This document shows positions 36,606-64,000 of a stretch of 64,000 nt of DNA, in pieces. Positions within the stretch are counted from its first letter, which is position 1; the number at the start of each line of letters is the position of its first letter. This DNA comes from Macrostomum lignano (taxonomy: Eukaryota): the NCBI GenBank assembly GCA_002269645.1, contig NIVC01002132.1, positions 124,001 to 188,000 on the forward strand, given 5' to 3'. Under the pieces are notes generated by a model, which did no database searches, was not told the origin of the DNA, and saw only the letters and a program-made list of their open reading frames with translations. Both the position numbers and the translations under genes were made by a program.

Positions 36606-37929
36606 TTTCGAATGCGGACTGCAATAGGAAAGGGGAGATGGGAAGAATCGTAGACGTAGTCTGAAACAAGACTCTCAGAATAGGTCACGCCATCATCGCA
36701 CAGGTAGATGATTAGGTTGAGCTGAGACGCTACGCTACCCCTTCTCAATATTTGCTTGGCGTTGGCCCCAACCCCTAAGCTCCCTATCTAGAGTTAATTT
36801 GGCCTGGATGCAGGTAATAATTTCGGACAGATAGTATAATAAAAAACACGATAGACTCACCTGAGTCGCAGAAATGAGAACTGATGTCTAAAAGCAAGAC
36901 GGCCTCGGGTCCTGGAGACTGGAGAGTATGTAGGAAAGGCAAAGGCAAGGTACATAGGCAAGGCTGGACAGGCTTTTAAGCCCGGTGTGAACAGAGGGAG
37001 ACCTGAGTGTACCCCCCCCCCCTGTTAAAAGTAAAACCGGTTGGCTGGGCGCGTTGAAAGGAAAGGGAACTTCTAACAAAATCAATACGTCCAGTGTACA
37101 TTGGCCTCTTATCCGGCCGACCCACCCCCGCCATCCCACCCCCGAGAGAGCACTAAGTACATTTGGAAATGTACGCAAATTGAGAGGCGTGTCTGAAGCC
37201 GGCGGGGAGGGGCAACAGCGCTATTTACGCGCACATAATAGTTTTCCTGGAAATAGAACTAAGCGCTGGCCGCTGGGGTTAATATCACCACATTACTTAC
37301 TGTTAGAACTTAGAATTGTCTTACCCTAACCCTAGTAGAAATGTGATGAACAATTTTATTTCAAGCCTAAGCGATAAACAAAGTTATTTTTAGCAACCTC
37401 TGTACAATATGAAATGCCATGCCCCCACAGCATACTGTGCGTGCCTGGCTGCTGCAGTAGAGAAAGAAATGAATGATGCATTTTGACGATTCATGAGATC
37501 ATAGTCAACGTAATAGCTACGTAGTGTAGGACTGGACGGAGCACTAATTGGACTATCAACTGAACATCTAGCTTATTCTAGATGACTACTGATTAATTAC
37601 TGAGTAGCTACAGATGGACTTCCAATTCTAGCTAGCTCTGGCCCCTGACTATGATGCGACGTGGAGCCCCCCATCCTGTGGAAACCTGCGTCATCTATTG
37701 TCATCATAACTGTGTGACCCCGCTGCCGCAGTGTCGTAGCCAGGATTTTCATCTGAAGACGTGAGGAGGGATCACAAATCACAACAAGTCGGAGCCACAA
37801 CAGCTATATAGTCAATGTAATTGTAACAATCAGGCGCCAAGGAATACTTTTTGCCAGGGGAAAGAGTCCCATTTCCCAGTCCAATTTCCCATTTTGGCCG
37901 GCAATCTCCTGTACCGGAAAGATTTGAGC

Positions 37930-38561
37930 GGCAATTCAGCTCAGCAGGTGATTACTATAAGCGCCAATTCAGCTCAGCAGGTGATTACTATAAGCGTCAC
38001 TTTAGCTCAGCAGGTGAGATTTAAGCGCCAATTTAGCTCAGCAGGTGATTACTATAAGCGTCACTTTAGCTCAGCAGGTGAGATTTAAGCGCCAATTTAG
38101 CTCAGCAGGTGTTACTATAAGCGCCAATTCAGCTCAGCAGGTGATTACTATAAGCGCCAATTCAGCTCAGCAGGTGATTACTATAAGCGCCAATTCAGCT
38201 CAGCAGGTGATTACTATAAGCGCCAATTCAGCTCAGCAGGTGATTACTATAAGCGCCAATTCAGCTCAGCAGGTGATTACTATAAGCGTCACTTTAGCTC
38301 AGCAGGTGAGATTTAAGCGCCAATTTAGCTCAGCAGGTGATTACTATAAGCGCCAATTCAGCTCAGCACGTGAGATTTAGGCGTCACTTTAGAGCTCAGC
38401 AGGTGAGATCTAAGCGCCAATTTAGCTCAGCAGGTAATTACTATAAGCGCCAATTCAGCTCAGCACGTGAGATTTAGGCGTCACTTTAGAGCTCAGCAGG
38501 TGAGATCTAAGCGCCAATTTAGCTCCGCAAATGTAATTTATCTCTACATATAAAAATCAAA

Positions 38562-38629
<68 letters not shown>
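37930..38629. repeat. 33-bp minisatellite (GCGCCAATTCAGCTCAGCAGGTGATTACTATAA) followed by (GT)n at 38566-38629
   Basis: Direct periodicity. Confidence 0.9.
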
Positions 38630-38631
<2 letters not shown>

Positions 38632-39021
38632 TGTCTGTCTGTGGACAATACTAATATAAAATTTAATAGTCTTGCATTGTAGACATTTACTATATGGGTG
38701 GATAAATCATTCGATACATGTTTTGTAGTGTTCTAACTGCCCTGTGGTGTCACTGTCTGACAAAGAAGTGCAAGTCTATAGACTGATAGATTTATAGCAC
38801 ACTTGGCACTCTTAACAGCTTAGCCCCTCATCTGAGCGGGCCTGTGTATTTAACCAAACAGTTTCTCATACCACCTCAACGCGGGGCCTTAGATTGGCTC
38901 ACAGGAGAGACCGGGTAAGACACCGGCACATAGACATTACTCACACACAAACTGTAGGGTGGGGAGGCCGGGGATGAGACAGCTTAGTCATGCTATCTGT
39001 GCTTGGGAAAGGGGGCATGGG

Positions 39022-40339
39022 TAGGGATTCCAAAATCCCGACATTTTACAATCCCGGGATTGAATAGTCCCGAAATCCCGATGCTGTTGAAATCCCGGGA
39101 TTCAAAATCCCGGAATCCCGGTGCTTTTGCAATCCCGGGATTAAAAATCCCGGGATTCGATTCCCAAAAAAATCCCGGGATTCAAATCCCGGATTTTTGG
39201 CCCCAATCCCGGGATCCCGGGATCCCGGGATTGGAATCCCTAAGACGGACTGTGCAGCGTGCCGCGTGCAGTAGTCATGGTCTCGCGACTCTCAGAGCCT
39301 TTTCATATTACCAATTCCAGAACCAGAATCGGTTCGGAATTCCAAGAAAAACAGCAGTATAACTATTGGTTTTTGCGAGCTATCTCAGCCAAGGAGCAAG
39401 CAAACTCATCCATCCCATAGATTTCAATACGACGAAGGAGGTGGTTTGAACCATAGACTATCACGTTTTTTCAAACAAACTCATCCAACGGGCGAGCAAT
39501 CTCAGCCATAGCTTGTCTGCCCATTCATTTCCTCTTCCCTTCGTTCTTTCCTCCTCCTCCGATGGCTCAGTTGCGACAAACATCCTCTTATATACGAACT
39601 AATTAGATTTTTCGCTTAATAAACAAGCTATGGCTGAGATTGCTCGCCCGTTGGATGAGTTTGGTTGAAAAAACGTGATAGTCTATGGTTCAAACCACCT
39701 CCTTCGTCGTATTGAAATCTATGGGATGGATGAGTTTGCTTGCTCCTTGGCTGAGATAGCTCGCAAAAACCAATATTAAACTCTGTTAATATTTGACTGC
39801 CTTAACAGCCTCACTTTGCACGATTTTTCACTTTCTTCTTGGCGATTGTCATTCAATAATAAAAACTTTATAGCACGTATCTCCCTCTAGTTATGGAGAC
39901 AAAAAGTTATACTTCACAAATTGGTTCTGGTTCTGGAACCAGAACAAGCACTATGAAAAGGCCCTCAGTCTCGTCTCGTGGTGGAAAACGAAAAAAAGTT
40001 AAAATTATCTATCATTTACAGTTCACATTAACAATTTTTAGCTCAATTAGGACAGGAGCTTTGCAAATGTTTAACGTTTCATTGAGAAACAGCAAAAACA
40101 AATAAATGTTTTATTATTCAAATAAACGTTTAGACTTTAAATTATCTAATTTAGGCATTGAAAGGTTGTTCTAATCCCGGACCAATCCCGGGATTAAGGC
40201 CTTGAAATCCCGGGATCCCGATCCCGGACTTTTGCAATCCCGGGATTAGAAATCCCGGGATTCGATTCCCAAAAAAATCCCGGGATTCAAATCCCGGATT
40301 TTTGGCCCCAATCCCGGGATCCCGGGATTGGAATCCCTA
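39022..40339. mobile_element. Non-autonomous hAT-like element, 1318 bp
   Basis: TIR TAGGGATTCCAA; 8-bp TSD GGCATGGG at 39014-39021 and 40340-40347; subterminal ATCCCGGGAT palindromes; extra internal right end at ~39242. Confidence 0.85.
39366..39773. mobile_element. MITE with 151-bp TIRs flanked by TA, nested in the hAT-like element
   Basis: Arms 39366-39516 and 39623-39773 are near-perfect inverted repeats; TA at 39364-39365 and 39774-39775. Confidence 0.85.
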
Positions 40340-40614
40340 GGCATGGGTGCACTGGATACGCAGCAGACAGGGTATCAAGCCTAGACAGGCTCTAACGTGT
40401 CACTCCTCGCTCACAGTCACAACATGTAGTAACTAGGTTATTCACAGAAATAAATGGCATTGGCAGCATGCCAGCTGAAGGAAAAATCCAGTTGTCTGAT
40501 AGTCAATTTGAGAGGCCAATTTAGATTCTAGACCCGAGGCAACACTATTTTGTTTAGGGATCAGCAAACTCTTTTACTAAAGGCCAAATCCAGCTTGTGG
40601 CTGCGGGCCAGGTG

Positions 40615-41055
40615 AAAGGAAATGAGAGGGAATAGAGGAGAGAGAAGTGGAAAGAACAGAGGAGTGATGAGAGAAAAGAGGAGAGGGCGAGAGGTGAGAG
40701 ATAAGAGGAAAGAATAGAGAGGAGATGAGATTAGGATAAGAGATTAGAGATTAGAGAATGGGGGAAAGAAATGAGAAAGATGAGATTAGAGTAGAGAAGA
40801 GTAGAGAAAAGAGGGGGAGAGAGTAAAGAAAGAGAAGAGAGAAGAGAGAAGAGAGAGATAGGAGAGAAGAGGGAAGAGAGAAGAGAGAGATAGGAGAGAA
40901 GAGGGAAGAGAGAAGAGGGAGAGAGGAGAGAAGAGAGAATGAGATAAAAGAGAAGAGAGAAGAGAGAATTGAGGAGAGAGAATAGAGAATATAGGAGGTA
41001 AAAGAGAAGATTTAAGCACCTAAGCACCTAAGCACCTAAGCACCTAAGCACCTAA
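40615..41055. repeat. Purine-rich (AG) low-complexity tract plus (AAGCACCT)x5
   Basis: Composition and direct periodicity. Confidence 0.85.
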
Positions 41056-41814
41056 GATTTAGGCAATTGATAAAGAGAAGATTTTATCAATTTTCTCTAT
41101 ATTATACAGAATAAGCTTACATGTACATGTAGATTTGCACTTATTCTCCAGCTGGGTCCAAGCCATAGACAGCTGATCAGTTCTGAATTCTCTGCTAGAT
41201 AATGCACAGCGCTGAATGGGGTTTTGCCATAGACGAATTCGGCAAAGAAAAATCTGATCTATGCGGCTGATTTCTAAGAAATGAAGTGTAGCGTAGCGTC
41301 CTGCTACTGGTTGTTGTCCATGGCCAAGCTTTCAATGCAAGACTCGGGGGCCTACTGAAGCGTACAGATAATTGCCGTGCTGTTCATGCCTTGCATCGAG
41401 CGACAGATTGCGGCAGTTTAAGAGAGAGTCTTACACTTATACAGTTTGAAGGGCCTTGTATTTGGTAGGGCAGCACTCTCCACAGGCAGCAATTGCTGGC
41501 ACATATGGGAGGCACCAGCGTGTGCTGGCCAGGCCAGAAGGGAGAGAGAAGTGAAAGCGAAAGTTTGACAGACGCAAACACGCGGCGAGCTCATAATGAG
41601 TGGGAGGGGGGTAGAGAGCGGGGGCAAGAGGAGGCGACTTGCAGCACACGATCTGGTGGGCGGTAATGAGCTTGCTACCGACCTGTGCAAACTAAAGCGC
41701 AATTCCACTCATGACATCTACAACTCATGCAGCCTTAGAGCGCGTCTGCCTTGTCTTAGGAGCTTTTAGAGCTGCTTTCAGCTGAAAGAAATCCTGTCCA
41801 AAGACTTAATCGGC

Positions 41815-43062
<1,248 letters not shown>

Positions 43063-43759
43063 GAGAGCTTATTATATAGCAAACTGCCATTGGTTCTTTT
43101 GTTTGACTGAGAAGCGGGCCAAGTGTGTACAGAACTTACTAGAAATACTTCAATCTTGATTAAGAAATTTGACCGAAAAAAGATAGTTTTCTTTTTGACA
43201 CTACGCACTACACAAATAGCAAAATAGGCTCACAGAACACTTTTTCTCTTCTATTATTTTGGTCGTGACGTTGAATAAATAAAATATTTGAACACAATTA
43301 TCCCGCACCGTCTCGATATACAAGCTACAGTAAATGTACTTTTTAGTGAATGTACTTAACAGTAAATTTACTTTACAGTGAATGTATACTTTACAGTAAA
43401 TGTACTTTGTAGTAAATGTACTTTATCGTAGTACGGATGTGTGTGTGCGTGCGTGTTGCTCTGCAAACTTAAATCGCAATAAGCTCAATATTCAAGAGTG
43501 TTGATTGACATAATTCACATTGCATAGTTTACAGGCGTAAGGACTTTGATCAATACGCCGGTTTGCCGGAAAAGTCATTTCATGCATTTAGTAGAAGTAT
43601 GTAAATTACAGAAGTACAAAGAAATCACGGAGGCATTACAGTAGAATTATCGAATTACCATTGCTAATTTAATATAGAAGTTTAAGCTTTGCTTCAGTAA
43701 CACAAAAGCAGTGAAATTTCAGGGTTCCGGACACCAGTGCATTGGAATCTCTTGAGCTG

Positions 43760-59293
<15,534 letters not shown>

Positions 59294-59734
59294 GTGAGCA
59301 GGCAAACCGACAGAGGGAGCCGACAACAGAGAGCTGTCTGGCCAGCTGACCCAAGCCGCCAGATTTGTTAGCCTGGGCCAATTCAAGTCTCTGATGGAAT
59401 GGGGGAAATCCCGGTTGGTGGGAAGTTTCACCAACCAATCAAACGGTGCAGCCGGGGTGACAGCCGCAATGATTGACTCGCTGACGGATCGGCTGCAGAA
59501 CTCCCGACCGGCTCATTTATCGCGGCTCATCTGTCTTGACTATGGCACATGCCTTTCAAGCCTGCATCTTCTCGTCTTGCTTTTGGTTGGACTCATCAGC
59601 TTTTCTCGCGAATAAATACAGCCTGCAGTCGCTATCTCTTACCCCATGGGAGCTCGGTGGCGAAATGGTTCTTACGCCTAGCCTGAACCTCCTGCTGGAT
59701 GCGCCTCAGGTGAGGCAGCCAGCGGCACAGCCGA

Positions 59735-60610
59735 TACCCTTCTGGCACTGTAGGGGGCTGTGTACAGCTGGTACACTGCTGGCACTGTAGGGGGCGGGCT
59801 GTGTACAGCTGGTACCCTTCTGGCACTGTAGGGGGCTGTGTACAGCTGGTACACTGCTGGCACTGTAGGGGGCTGTGTACAGCTGGTACACTTCTGGCAC
59901 TGTAGGGGCTGTGTACAGCTGGTACACTGCTGGCACTGTAGGGGGCTGTGTACAGCTGTTACACTTCTGGCACTGTAGGGGCTGTGTACAGCTGTTACAC
60001 TTCTGGCACTGTAGGGGCTGTGTACAGCTGGTACACTGCTGGCACTGTAGGGGCTGTGTACAGCTGTTACACTTCTGGCACTGTAGGGGCTGTGTACAGC
60101 TGGTACACATCTGGCACTGTAGGGGGCTGTGTATAGCTGTACACTGCTGGCACTGTAGGGGCTGTGTACAGCTGGTACACTGCTGGCACTGTAGGGGGCT
60201 GTGTACAGCTGGTACACTGCTGGCACTGTAGGGGGCTGTGTACAGCTGGTACACTGCTGGCACTGTAGGGGGCTGTGTACAGCTGTTACACTTCTGGCAC
60301 TGTAGGGGCTGTGTACAGCTGGTACACTTCTGGCACTGTAGGGGGCTGTGTACAGCTGTACACTGCTGGCACTGTAGGGGCTGTGTACAGCTGGTACACT
60401 GCTGGCACTGTAGGGGCTGTGTACAGCTGGTACACTTCTGGCACTGTAGGGGGCTGTGTACAGCTGGTACACTTCTGGCACTGTAGGGGCTGTGTACAGC
60501 AGGTACACTGCTGGCACTGTAGGGGCTGTGTACAGCTGGTACACTGCTGGCACTGTAGGGGCTGTGTACAGCTGGTACACTGCTGGCACTGTAGGTGGCT
60601 GTGTACAGCT
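59735..60610. repeat. ~36-bp minisatellite (GTACAGCTGGTACACTGCTGGCACTGTAGGGGCTGT)
   Basis: Direct periodicity. Confidence 0.93.
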
Positions 60611-60659
60611 TGAAGGGGGTTGAAACCTCGTCTTCCTGTATTTCTACCGCGCTACCCCT

Positions 60660-63600
60660 TTAGAATAGATCCACCTTGGCTGCGCAATAATTTACGACCA
60701 AATAATTTTCTAGAAACAACAAATCCGGATGCTTGAGAGCTTTCGTACTCAAAGTAGCGACTTGCGAGCATTCTATCGTAGCCAGCAAATATTTTGAGCA
60801 AAGCTTGTCTTGACTTTCTCTGTTGTTCAGCTTTTCAAATCTGAGATGATCGATAAGCACCTGGAGCTGATGGATGAGCCGATGAAAAATGCTAATAAGA
60901 TCTGGTTGGAATTTTTTTGAAAAACGGCGCATGAACGATGACGGAAAATGATTGACTGGGGAGCCGGACATGGCTGCGTGTGCAGTGTAATCTCGCTGCT
61001 CCATCAGAGCCCAGAAATTTCACTTCCCCAGTGCTGCGGCTGCGGCACAATGGGCATTGAAACTCGCTGCTTAAAATGGGGCCTCAGCAGCTTCCTGGAT
61101 GCGGACTATGGACCTGGGCTCCTGGTCCATTGTGCCAATTTTAGCTCAGGATGTCTCAAGACTTTCATCCTCTGGCGGTTAAGTTGCTTTCCTTGCTTCA
61201 GAGAGGTCCCAAGTTCGAGACCCAAAGTATGTTTGCTATACATTTGTTTTGGGTGCACAGGCAAGGAAAAGCTTAGGGGTCCATGGCTGGGGGTCAAGGG
61301 GGTCAGCTGACCGTCAGGAGAGAAGGGTTATAAATTCCGTGCTGGTGAATTGGTGCAGACAAATGAAGGTCAGACACGGGCAGCGTGAGTCTCAGTAGAC
61401 TAAGTTGATGAGGCTTGGGGAAGCTGTTCATGATGGGCCGATCGGCGGTTGATGAAGCATGCGTTAAGAGACTGGAAGTCGTTTACCAGGACAGGTAAGA
61501 GAGAGGGACACAAGAAAAGGGATTTGCGAAAATTGGGACTTGACGCCGGCTCGAGACCTGAGCACACTGAGCCGGGCTGTGAAGGGTGGCATGCAGTTGC
61601 AGGTGAGAAAGCAAATCTGAGAGCAAAGTGGAAACCTGAACAATTACTGAAACGATTAAAGAGCGACAGGAAATGACAGTCAAAGGGACAGGCGAATTGC
61701 GGTCAGGTATGGGACAGGTGAATTGCGGTCAGGTATGGGACAGGTGAATTGCGGTCAGGTATGGGACAGGTTAGTTGCGGTCAGGTATGGGACAGGTTAG
61801 TTGCGGTCAGGTATGGGACAGGTGAATTGCGGTCAGGTATGGGGCAGGTGAACAGCAGTCAGATAGCACAGGTGAACAGCAGTCAGATAGCACAGGTGAA
61901 CAGCAGTCAAATAGCACAGGTGAAGAGCAGTCAGATAGCACAGGTGAAGAGCAGTCAGATAGCACAGGTGAACAGCAGTCAAACGAACATCAGAGTCAGC
62001 AATCAGAGGCCGTGTAGTCACGGCTATAAAAAGTTTGCATAGTAAATCAATACAGCAAGTTTCTTTTTTGGGAAAGGCTTAAAAAACTACGTCTATAATT
62101 AGGTGCGCATTGCTAATTGGGTCTTACACAAGCCCAGTTTTGTCAAGCAACTGCTTATATAAAATAAGATTTGGTATGAAATATGAAAAAGTGGAATAAT
62201 GTTTTTTGCAAAAAGAAGCGCGCCCTTGTAATTTGAATAAGTAGGCACGAACTGCCTCGCTTTTAAGGATTCCTCTTGTCGAAAGTTGTTGACTGAAGAA
62301 GTGCACCCGTTCTTCCCGACTCTCGGGTGAAGCTGGTGCGTGAAAATGGGAAATTAGCATGGGATATGAGAGATTGCGAGTAGAATTTCGCTAGCCATAA
62401 ATAGCTGGTTGCGGAGAGGAAGGGAACGGCAGGTATAGGGTGGACTCCAGTCGTTCCTATGCCAACTCAAGGAATTGAATTGAAGCTGAACATCAAAACA
62501 CGAATTCTGAATAGTTACATGTAGTAGATGAGGCTCTCTCGTTGATAGCAACGGACAATAAGGGAGGCTGGAGAACCCAACCTGTGGGATGCGGCAGTCA
62601 AAGTACTGGCTGCTCAAACAAAGCCGCTCTCTAGTGGAGTACAAGAGACGGATCGATAGCCAGGCTGCTCAGGTCAGTGGCTGTGAGAGTACTCGCTCTC
62701 AGTCTGTGCAGTGTCCCCAAAGCAACAGGTCCATACCCTCCCAGACTCTTGAAACTAAATGAACAGCCGGGGCTGGGTGGATTCAGTCATGCTTCAATGG
62801 CTTGAATCAATTCAATCGATCTAACAGATGGAGCGACATTTTATCCATTGCGTTAGACGCATCAGCGGCACCTTAAGTTGGTTGGTGCTAAAATTTGTCT
62901 GTGTTCTAGCACCGATGCCAGATGAAACATTGAGGCATTGATCCGGGAGCTTGACGAGCAGATACTCAAAATGCCTTTGGCAAATTTCGTATCTCCTAAT
63001 GCTCAGCCTTGAGTTTACAGGAATTAGCTGCTGCCACTCTCTCTCTCGGCTCCATTTTCTTTCCCAGAAACTGCACCCCCACCCAGACCCAGACTGTGGG
63101 AAATGGATTTTTACTCTCTGCAAAATGCTTGCACAATCCGGTCTTAACAAACCGTGCCAGCTGCAGCTCTGCCAGGGCCTGGGACAGGAGCGCCCGTCAG
63201 AGTGCCTGTCAGCGGTTGCGTGACCCAGAAATTTGCTGGGCACGCGAGCTACTGCTTATATTGAGTAAATGCAGCCTGAGCAGTTTTCAATACCTGTCTG
63301 GGGGAGCTCAGAGCTCACAGGAAGGAGCAGAAGACTGATCTAGCCCTGAATGACAGCTGCATGGCTGCTCCAGCAGGAGCGACTGAGCGGAGGCTCAGAC
63401 AAGAGCTCCAGGCAGTTCTACTCTAAATGCAATGTGCATGTCCATGACAAGTGCCTATTGGCGAAAATTCCACTAAAAAATAAGAATTGATTTGTTTTGC
63501 TGGCGGTAAGCAGCCCGTTGTTGCATTTGCTATTAACTATATTTCGGCTTGTCTGCAAACCTTTGATGCAGAGCCTGACCAGTTGAGGCAGGTCTGGCTC

Positions 63601-63980
63601 AGGTCCAGGATCCAAATAGCAGTGTTTGACCCCAATTTGTCCGGCTCGCAGTCATTGTCACCCTCCCCAGGGCATTATCAATGATTAAATTCAAGTCTCA
63701 CCTGTTTAACTCGATCGGTTGATGTAGAAGACTTCGACTCAAATTTCTGCTCAAGAGTCAGCGAGCTTTATTTCTATTTTCTACTTACTGGACAAGTGGC
63801 CAGGCCAGTCTCCGCGTCCATCTTATAGCTGGTGAAACCGAATTTCAGTGTTCCCCTTCCAATCAGACAGGTCACTCTCACAACGGACCAATCAGGGAGC
63901 AGCGGCATCAGTGCCTTTCCAGTTCTAGACGGCGTATGGTCTGTAAACCAAGTAGGTAAGGCTGTTAGTACCAATAATTA
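60660..63980 (-). mobile_element. Highly degraded non-LTR retrotransposon debris (possibly several fragments), with short tandem arrays at 61685-61985
   Basis: Broken minus-strand motifs LAQWTRSPGP, KKFQPDLISIF and LTASKT resemble RT-region motifs KSPGPD, ELAPxL and LNxxKT. Confidence 0.4.
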
Positions 63981-64000
63981 TTGCGATTATCGCTAAAGCC

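Overview
Eukaryotic (animal) genomic DNA with GC-rich exons, GT-AG introns full of minisatellites and TTAGGG repeats. The style fits a free-living flatworm such as Macrostomum (inference only). Host genes: an ammonium transporter (5' end outside the window), an unknown coiled-coil gene, three tandem ALK/LTK-type glycine-rich-domain genes (one intact), a DM9-repeat protein, a calmodulin-like EF-hand gene and an 18-exon copine. Mobile DNA: an RT-less Ty3/Gypsy element, a P-superfamily (THAP) transposon, a PIF/Harbinger transposon, hAT/MITE and mariner remnants, two tRNA-derived SINE families and LINE debris. The outstanding feature is a 9.47-kb element (24104-33572) with near-identical ~2.54-kb terminal inverted repeats and a 6-bp target-site duplication (AATGTG). 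Each arm carries an intact-looking dUTPase and a spliced orphan gene. The 0.9-kb centre lacks any integrase or polymerase ORF, and a P element has inserted into the left arm. It is best read as an internally deleted Polinton/Maverick-like endogenous virus with gene-bearing arms (inference). No database searches were run; exon boundaries were read by eye.
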